A stretch of 39,986 nt of DNA from Acidimicrobiia bacterium. GTDB lineage: Bacteria > Actinomycetota > Acidimicrobiia > Spongiisociales > SHLN01. The position numbers and the translations under genes are program-made. Positions within the stretch are counted from its first letter, which is position 1; each line of letters opens with the position of its first letter. The stretch spans positions 1 to 39,986 of the forward strand of contig JAOTYB010000003.1 of the NCBI GenBank assembly GCA_029862065.1, read 5' to 3'. Positions 33,461-39,986 of the stretch are shown one piece after another. The notes under the pieces were generated by a model that saw nothing but the letters and a program-made list of their open reading frames with translations, ran no database searches and had not been told where the DNA came from.

Positions 33461-34197
33461 GCCGAAGCCTGATAGCCGTCGAACACGTCGCCGGCAGGAC
33501 CGAGCATCTTGATGTGTCCATGGTCTAGCCACAACGCCCGGGTGCTTACCTCCCGCAAGAGAGGGATGGAGTGAGAGACGATGACCACGGCCGCTCCCCC
33601 GGCAATGAGCTGCTTCATCCGGGCCTGTGACTTCTCCCGGAACGCCTTGTCACCCACCGACAACACCTCGTCGACTACCAGCACCTCGGGCTCGATATCG
33701 GTAGCGACGCTGAAAGCCAGACGGGCCAACATGCCGGAAGAGAAGGTGCGAGTCGGTACGTCAACGAACTCCTCAACCCCCGCCCATTCAACGATCTCGT
33801 CCACCCGATCCCGCAGCAGATTGGGATCCCGGCCCAACAGGGCGCCGTAGAGGACGATGTTTTCCCGAGCGGTTAGCTCCGGGTTCATGCCAGACCCGAG
33901 CTCAATCATGGGAGCCACCTGCCCCCGGACGATCACCCGCCCACCGGTGGGCGGCAACACCCGGGCTATGACTTTCATCAGTGTCGACTTGCCCGCTCCG
34001 TTCGGGCCGACCACACCGAAGATCTCCCCCTTGTTGACCGAGAAGCTCACTCCATCGAGGGCCTGAATCGACTCCATAGTCCGCTGCCTGCGCAGCGAAC
34101 GGAAGGTGGCTTCCTTGAGGGTGCCGACCTTTGATCGATCGAGGCGGTACCGAAGCGACACATCCCGCACTTCAATGGGCGGAGGGGCACCCGTCAC
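33457..34197 (-). CDS. wzt: polysaccharide/teichoic-acid ABC exporter ATP-binding subunit (Wzt/TagH-like)
   Basis: Start GTG 34197 overlapping the permease stop; GPNGAGKST, ELTAREN, FSSGMLARLAF, VVDEVLSVGD, VSH. Confidence 0.92.
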   Translation of the reverse strand: MTGAPPPIEVRDVSLRYRLDRSKVGTLKEATFRSLRRQRTMESIQALDGVSFSVNKGEIFGVVGPNGAGKSTLMKVIARVLPPTGGRVIVRGQVAPMIELGSGMNPELTARENIVLYGALLGRDPNLLRDRVDEIVEWAGVEEFVDVPTRTFSSGMLARLAFSVATDIEPEVLVVDEVLSVGDKAFREKSQARMKQLIAGGAAVVIVSHSIPLLREVSTRALWLDHGHIKMLGPAGDVFDGYQASA

Positions 34198-35036
34198 AGT
34201 CGCGACACCACCCGGCGCCAGTTGCGAGAGAACACGTACACCCCGAAGATCAACGCCAGCACTGCCGAGCCGAACATCATCCCGATGGTCCACGCCGGGG
34301 GCGTCGGGCCCCCATACACCCACCACCGGAAGATAACCAGGAACGAATACACCGGATTGGCCTTCACGACATACTCGGCGGCCGTGCCTTCAACGAAGTC
34401 GATGGTCCAGAAGGTAGGAATGAGGTAATTGAATAGCTGCACGACCACCCGGGAGATATCCAGCACATCGCGGAAGTACACGGCGGCCGAGGCGATCACC
34501 AGCCCCGCTCCCGTGATGAGCATCAGCAACAGAACCAGCGGGATCGGAATCAGAATCACCGTCCACGGAATCCCCGGGCCAAGCACGAGAACCATGATGA
34601 AGAGCGGCAACAGGCTGAGGACGAAGTGGGTGGCGGCCGCCACCGCCGTGGCGAGAGAAAAGATCTCGGGCGGTATGTACATCTTGATGAGGATGTTGCG
34701 GCTGTTGACGATGGCCGAACCGGCGGCGATAACCCCCTGTGAGAAGTAGGTGGAGATGAGGATGCCGGCCGTCAGATACACCACATACGGTTCCTCCATA
34801 ACGCCGAATCGTCCGAAGATGTTGGAGAACACCACCCACAGCACGGCGATGGTGAGCATCGGGTTGAGAATGGTCCACCACACTCCCAACACCGATCGCT
34901 TGTAGCGAACGGTGAGGTCACGGGTCACCAGCAGCCGGATGAGCCCCCGGTATCTCCAGAAGTTCTGGAACTCAGATATCAGGGGCCGGCGGGCAAGGTC
35001 GGAGTCGTAATAGACCGTTGATTGGGCTGACGTCAC
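34194..35036 (-). CDS. wzm: polysaccharide ABC exporter permease (Wzm/TagG-like)
   Basis: LVTRDLTVRYKRSVLGVWWTILNP, VYFRD, NP; multiple TM helices; start GTG 35036. Confidence 0.92.
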   Translation of the reverse strand: MTSAQSTVYYDSDLARRPLISEFQNFWRYRGLIRLLVTRDLTVRYKRSVLGVWWTILNPMLTIAVLWVVFSNIFGRFGVMEEPYVVYLTAGILISTYFSQGVIAAGSAIVNSRNILIKMYIPPEIFSLATAVAAATHFVLSLLPLFIMVLVLGPGIPWTVILIPIPLVLLLMLITGAGLVIASAAVYFRDVLDISRVVVQLFNYLIPTFWTIDFVEGTAAEYVVKANPVYSFLVIFRWWVYGGPTPPAWTIGMMFGSAVLALIFGVYVFSRNWRRVVSRL

Positions 35037-35076
35037 GGGACGGAATGGTACCCGGGGCCGGGTTATCGGGCGGGGA

Positions 35077-36540
35077 TTGGCCTTGAGACGCCGGGGGTGG
35101 TCTACGCTGCAATCCGTGTACCACCCGTCCGACTCCCGCCGCGGATTCTGGCTGGCCACTTTGGCCGTCCTCCCCCTATTCGTATGGTGGCTCGGTTGGT
35201 TCCCGGGATTCCTCTCTCTCGACTCGGTCGACCAGCTCACCCAGGTCGAGACCGGTGAGTATGAGAACGACCATCCGGCCGCTCACACGCTCACCTTCTG
35301 GCTGATCACCCGCTTGTGGGACGACCCGGGCGCAATCAGCCTCGTCCAGATCGTTCTGTTGGCCCTGGTGCTGGCTCTCGTCTGCAAACGCACCATCGAG
35401 CTCGGGGTTCCGCTACCGCTGGCAGTCGGGGCAGCCTGGCTGGTCTCCCTCCTACCGGCGGTTGGCCCCACCGCCATCACCCTCTGGAAAGACGTGGCCT
35501 TCACGATCGCATTCGTGTGGGTCCTGGCCGAGCTACTAGCCCTGGCCGCCCAACACACCGACTATTGGGCGAACCGGAGCAATCCGCTCCGCCTGGGAGC
35601 AGCCCTTTCGTTGCTGTGGTTGTTCCGCCACAACGGAATCCTCACCGTCCTGGGAGTCATGGCCGTCCTGGCCTGGGCGTATCGACACGACCTCAAGGGA
35701 GTGGCGATCACCATGGTGTCCCTCCTGGCAATCGTGGCGTTCGTCCAGGGCCCGGTGCTGTGGCTGTTCTCGGTCGATCGCGGCCAACCGGTAGCCGCCG
35801 AGGTGCTGATCCCGGTCGTGGCATCGTCCTTCTTCCACGAGCCCGGCAACTTCAGCCAGGACGAGCGGGAGTTGCTGGCATCCATCGCTCCCCTCGACGT
35901 GTGGCGAGACAGCTACGACTGCGATAGCGCCAACCCCCTGCTCTTCGATCCGCAGATGAATATCGACACGATCCGGGCCGACCCGGCCCCCTTCTTCCGT
36001 CTCGGCCTCCGGACCACATTCCGGGACCTCGATACCAGCCTCGGGTTGCTGTGGTGTCGGTCGTCGTTCCTGTTTCAGCCGGGGCAACCCACGTCGACCT
36101 ACCTCGAACGGCCGCCGTTTCAGATTCACGAGAACGATTTGGGCATCGCCAGAGATCCGGTGTGGTCGGCGGCCTACGATTTCACGTTCGACATATTCGC
36201 CGCCACCGAGTCGAGGTCGTGGTTGTGGCTGACGTGGCGGCCGGCGGTTGTTACCTGGCTGACCATCGCCACCTTCGGCTTGCTGGCCTGGCGGCGCCAA
36301 TGGGGCCTCCTGGTGCCGGGGAGCTTGATCGGCATCCACCTGGTCAATGTGGCGACCTCTTCCCTCAACCACGAGTTCCGCTTCGCCTTCCCGCTGTACG
36401 TGGCCGGTGTGATGTGCCTTCCCTTGCTCTGGTTCGCGGTCTTCCCTGAGCCGCTACCGCGCTCGGTCAACCGGTTCGTATCGCACCGTCGGTCGTTCTC
36501 GAACCCGGATGTCACTGCCATCCGGGGGCGGGAGCGGTAG
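35077..36540 (+). CDS. polytopic membrane protein, GT-C-like (resembles DUF6020-type proteins)
   Basis: FPGFLSLDSVDQL..NDHPAAHT first loop, TLWKDVAF, FRHNG, EFRFAFP; many TM helices. Confidence 0.7.
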   Translation: MALRRRGWSTLQSVYHPSDSRRGFWLATLAVLPLFVWWLGWFPGFLSLDSVDQLTQVETGEYENDHPAAHTLTFWLITRLWDDPGAISLVQIVLLALVLALVCKRTIELGVPLPLAVGAAWLVSLLPAVGPTAITLWKDVAFTIAFVWVLAELLALAAQHTDYWANRSNPLRLGAALSLLWLFRHNGILTVLGVMAVLAWAYRHDLKGVAITMVSLLAIVAFVQGPVLWLFSVDRGQPVAAEVLIPVVASSFFHEPGNFSQDERELLASIAPLDVWRDSYDCDSANPLLFDPQMNIDTIRADPAPFFRLGLRTTFRDLDTSLGLLWCRSSFLFQPGQPTSTYLERPPFQIHENDLGIARDPVWSAAYDFTFDIFAATESRSWLWLTWRPAVVTWLTIATFGLLAWRRQWGLLVPGSLIGIHLVNVATSSLNHEFRFAFPLYVAGVMCLPLLWFAVFPEPLPRSVNRFVSHRRSFSNPDVTAIRGRER

Positions 36541-38103
36541 GTCAAGGGCCGCAAAGAGCCGCCCGACACGCTCGGCCCAGCCATGGGCGGCCCGGGCCCG
36601 GTCGGCGTCCAGGCCGGGCGCGGCCAGCGCAGCTCGCACCGCCTCGGGCAGATCCTCGTCTAGGAACGTTCCCTCGACGCCGACCAGCGGCTCGAGCGGT
36701 GGAGCCGCCACCGGCACGCCCATTGCCAGAGACTCGTAGGCCTTGAGGGGGCTGACGGCGTGGGTTGTCTCGTTCAGCTTGAAGGGAACCAGGCTGACAT
36801 CGGCGGCGGCCAGGTAGTCGGGTAGCTGGAATTGCGGCTTGAGACCGAGGAAGTGAATGTTGTCCGGCACCGGAGGGTGACCATGCTCGTCGCCGATCAC
36901 TTGCACTCGGGCCTCGGGGAAGGCTTCGGCCACTGCTCGGAGGGCGTCCCAATCAAACCAGTCGCCGTACAACGAGCCGTGATAGGAGAGCAGCGGCCCC
37001 GCACCCGGCGGGACATCGGAGGGAACCCCGCCGCCCGAGCCGGCGAACATGTTCTGATTGACTCCGTTGGGGATGTAGGTGACCGACCGGCCGCCGCTTC
37101 GCTGTTCCAGATTCCGGACCAGGGCGCGGGCCGACCCGGTGAGCGTGTCGGCCGAGCCGATGAATTGATCCTCGACTTCCGCCCGATACCACCATCCCCC
37201 CAACGCTTCATCCGACCAGTCGTCGATGAGGTCATACACCACCCGGAACCCGGAACGACTCAGGCGGCGGGTCGCATCCCACATCGGCTGGCTGGGTAGC
37301 TCAACCAGAGCCAGCTTCAGGTCGGTCTCGACCCGATCGAGGTAGGCGGCGACGTCGAAGTCCTGCCTGCGGTATTCCTCGAGCAGCGGATGAACGAAGC
37401 GCAGGCCGAGGTCCACCGAGTGTCCCGAGCCGTATTCGGCGACGTAGGCCACGTGAATACCCCTCCGGCACAGCTCCATCGCCAGCTGCGCCCCGCGAAA
37501 CCCCCCGCCGACATCATGGAGTGGGACGGCGGCGAGAATCACTGCCGCCCCGGCGGCCCGAATGGGGTCGACCCGCGGGGCACTGGCCGGTATGCCCGGT
37601 GTAGGACTGATGGCCAGACGATGGCCGGCCGCAGTGAGCCGGGCCAGCAGGCCGCGCAGGTTGACGTCGTCGGGCGGACTGCCGCCCACCTCAGCCCAGG
37701 CCGCCGGGGTAACGGCAATGGCCAGAGGCTCCACCCGCAAGCCAGATCCGCCATCCCACTCGGCCGGTCCCAGTACCGAAGCACCGACGGAATCGTCGGC
37801 CAGAGGGGCCGCCAATTGGCCTTTCTCTTCAGGGGAAAGCGGGCGGGTGGTGACCGCCCGCACGCCGGTGGCGGTCGGATCGCCCGTCCCGACAAGGCCA
37901 ACAGTTATCTCGGGCGGCGCGCCATACGTCTCGGGCGATACCAGTCGAACGGTCGGAGGGCTCGCCTCCAGCCAGGCCTGTCGGGCAGCCGGGTCGCCGA
38001 CGACCACGTCGACGTTGATCGGGCTTTGAGCCGGAATCATCCGTCGTCTGGCCAGCAGTCGAGTGGGCACCAACGGTTTGATGAGCCGCTTGACCCGTGC
38101 CAT
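36454..38103 (-). CDS. glycosyltransferase (degenerate N-terminal domain + GT4-like domain)
   Basis: VVYDLIDDW, YIPNGVN, YHGSLYGDWFDW, HFLGLKP..LPDYLAAADVSLVPF, AVSPLKAYESLAMGVPV; start ATG 38103 overlapping the upstream stop. Confidence 0.85.
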   Translation of the reverse strand: MARVKRLIKPLVPTRLLARRRMIPAQSPINVDVVVGDPAARQAWLEASPPTVRLVSPETYGAPPEITVGLVGTGDPTATGVRAVTTRPLSPEEKGQLAAPLADDSVGASVLGPAEWDGGSGLRVEPLAIAVTPAAWAEVGGSPPDDVNLRGLLARLTAAGHRLAISPTPGIPASAPRVDPIRAAGAAVILAAVPLHDVGGGFRGAQLAMELCRRGIHVAYVAEYGSGHSVDLGLRFVHPLLEEYRRQDFDVAAYLDRVETDLKLALVELPSQPMWDATRRLSRSGFRVVYDLIDDWSDEALGGWWYRAEVEDQFIGSADTLTGSARALVRNLEQRSGGRSVTYIPNGVNQNMFAGSGGGVPSDVPPGAGPLLSYHGSLYGDWFDWDALRAVAEAFPEARVQVIGDEHGHPPVPDNIHFLGLKPQFQLPDYLAAADVSLVPFKLNETTHAVSPLKAYESLAMGVPVAAPPLEPLVGVEGTFLDEDLPEAVRAALAAPGLDADRARAAHGWAERVGRLFAALDLPLPPPDGSDIRVRERPTVRYEPVDRAR

Positions 38104-39986
38104 TAGGGAAGCCACTGCGGGAACCTCCCCTCGACCTCGGGCCGCACCCGGTAGAGGGGGGTTTCAAAATCGCCCGGATCAATCGCCCAGCGCGGATGGG
38201 GAAACGCCCCGAGATAGTCGGCCTCCGCCACGGCCGGCCCGGCGCCACGAGTTCCGGTCTTGGCCAACCGATGCGGGTCGGCGCCGGGATCAAGGAGCGA
38301 CCATCGTCGCCACAGGACGGGATGACATCCAGCCTCAACCGCGCAGCCATAGGCGTCGACGTCGTCCTCCAGCAGGCTTGCCAATTCCTCGAGCAGTTGG
38401 GGACCGGCATCGGTCACCGGGCGCCAATCAATCAGGAACTTCCCGCGGGACAACCGCACCGCCGACTCCAGCCCGGACCCACCGGCCCGCAGCGGCCATC
38501 CCCGCCGGGAGCACAACCCGGCCCACGGCCCCAGTTCGCTTCCGACGTAGACGATCTCGAGGTCGTCAAGGCTCTGCGATTCCAGCAATTCCTCCGACGA
38601 TGAGTCGTCGACCACGACGGACACCCACGGATACCACTCGGCCTTCATGGCCCGCAGCGCCTCCGGCTGATACAGCGCGGGATGGTCGCGAGCCATCTCG
38701 AGCCGGGCTTGCTCGAAGCGAGCTTCGGTCCGGACCGTGCTGGTGATGCCATGTTGGCGATAGCGGAACAAGGGCCGGGCCACCTCCACCTGTCCCCATC
38801 CGTGCTCGAGGAACCGAACCCACAAGTCCCAGTCCTCGTTGCCCTGGCGCAACGCCTCGTCGTATCCACCGACGGCGCGCATTGCCTCGGTCCGGATGAG
38901 GGCGCATCCCACGATCGAGAGGGAGAGAAGCAGTTGATACGGGTTGTAGGGACGGTCGACCCACACGAGGTTCTGGTGGCCGAAGAGCCTCGTCCCGGTG
39001 TGAGCGAAGCCGGCGTCCGGCCGGCCTTCCAGGGCGCTGACCGTCGCACTGAGAAAGGCGAGCCCGAGCTCGTCATCGGCGTCCAGCGGCACCAGATACG
39101 TGCCACGAGCGATCGCCACCCCGGCATTGCGGGCCGCCGACGGGCCCCGGTTGCGTTGGCGGACGATGCGAGTCCGCGGGTAGTGGAGGGCCCGCAGGAC
39201 CGCCGCCGTCTCCGGGTCGGTGGATCCGTCGTCCACCACGATGATCTCCCATGAGTCATAGGTCTGGCGCAGGACACTGCGAATGGCGTCATGCAGGAAC
39301 TGGCCCTGGTTGAAACACGGGATGATGATCGAGACGGCCGGGTCGGACAGCTCGGGATGGGTGCGCCACGATCGCTCCATCACCTCGCGTTCCCAAGCGC
39401 CGGCGGCCCGGCGCCGGCGCCAGCGGCGGACTGCCGGTGAATCGAGGTCGCGGCTCTCGAGCCAGCCGGCCGCCGACTCCGGGAGGGCATCGAGCAACCG
39501 GTCGCTCATCGGCTTCGGCGTCTCGGGAGCATTTGAGGTGGCGGCCGCTCGCATCCGGGAGAGGGCGGCTGTTGCCAAGCCGGCCTGGGTGCGGGTATGT
39601 CGAGGGGTATGCGGCGTATACGGGCTGAGTGGGTCTGGGTACTCGGGGCCCGGGGCGTCGGCCAGAAAGCTGCGCAACTCTGGGTGCTCGAGGATCTCGG
39701 CCAGGGCCGACCGCAGTCCCTCGACGGTGGTGTCGTAGACCAGGGCCCCGGTCCGGGAGCTGAAGAACGCGGCAAATTCGGGACGTTGGGGAACGATCAC
39801 CGGCAGGCCAAGCCGCCGGCACTCGTGGACCGCACTGCCAAAGGTGTCGAATCGGGAGGGGAAGACGGCCACCCAGCCGCCGGCCATCGCCGTCCCCAGC
39901 TGGGCTCTGTCGATGGGCGGCTCGAAGTGCACCCGGTCGGCGACGGCTTCCGGGATGAGGGAGGAAAGATGCTCCTGCACCGACCC
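38103..39986 (-). CDS. multidomain glycosyltransferase (GT4 C-terminal part + GT2 + degenerate domain), 5' end outside the window
   Basis: VFPSRFDTFGSAVHEC..LGLPVI (GT4); SIIIPCFNQG, VDDGSTD, SAARNAG, LDADD, GGYDE..EDWDLW (GT2). Confidence 0.88.
   Translation of the reverse strand, partial: GSVQEHLSSLIPEAVADRVHFEPPIDRAQLGTAMAGGWVAVFPSRFDTFGSAVHECRRLGLPVIVPQRPEFAAFFSSRTGALVYDTTVEGLRSALAEILEHPELRSFLADAPGPEYPDPLSPYTPHTPRHTRTQAGLATAALSRMRAAATSNAPETPKPMSDRLLDALPESAAGWLESRDLDSPAVRRWRRRRAAGAWEREVMERSWRTHPELSDPAVSIIIPCFNQGQFLHDAIRSVLRQTYDSWEIIVVDDGSTDPETAAVLRALHYPRTRIVRQRNRGPSAARNAGVAIARGTYLVPLDADDELGLAFLSATVSALEGRPDAGFAHTGTRLFGHQNLVWVDRPYNPYQLLLSLSIVGCALIRTEAMRAVGGYDEALRQGNEDWDLWVRFLEHGWGQVEVARPLFRYRQHGITSTVRTEARFEQARLEMARDHPALYQPEALRAMKAEWYPWVSVVVDDSSSEELLESQSLDDLEIVYVGSELGPWAGLCSRRGWPLRAGGSGLESAVRLSRGKFLIDWRPVTDAGPQLLEELASLLEDDVDAYGCAVEAGCHPVLWRRWSLLDPGADPHRLAKTGTRGAGPAVAEADYLGAFPHPRWAIDPGDFETPLYRVRPEVEGRFPQWLP

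Noticed and set aside
32060-33532. Long antisense ORFs (e.g. 490 aa at 32060-33532, 380 aa at 1899-3041, 321 aa at 3843-4808, 311 aa at 12807-13742)
   Set aside because: They are shadows of well-supported genes on the opposite strand in high-GC DNA and have no recognisable motifs.

Overview
GC-rich actinobacterial chromosomal window, most likely Acidimicrobiia (inferred from gene content and style, not from a search). The left half is mostly housekeeping: the 3' end of cofD, cofE (F420), a minus-strand nucleotide-sugar operon (ugd, UDP-GlcA decarboxylase, DPM1-like GT2, NDP-sugar pyrophosphorylase, NAD-dependent epimerase), an LCP ligase, birA, acyl-CoA carboxylase beta/alpha, the substrate-binding subunit of methylmalonyl-CoA mutase, a class A PBP with PASTA domains, rhodanese-MoeB and a cupredoxin lipoprotein. 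A small accessory segment at about 18.7-20.0 kb carries one membrane-protein gene between exact 17-bp direct repeats. The right half is a cell-surface glycan locus (several GT2/GT4 proteins, wecB, Wzm/Wzt ABC exporter, a GT-C-like membrane protein). Embedded in it are three secreted proteins (SpoIID/LytB, CAP, GH26-like) that share one C-terminal five-repeat 'GDW(N/D)GDG' beta-propeller-like module. All three genes, and the ugd operon, are preceded by a sigma-28 (FliA/WhiG/SigD)-like promoter. Best candidate for an undescribed system: a sigma-28-controlled cell-wall glycopolymer plus a propeller anchoring module, functionally analogous to SLH/SCWP or CWB2/teichoic-acid loci of Firmicutes. This is inference and needs testing. 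No rRNA, tRNA, CRISPR array or transposase was recognised.
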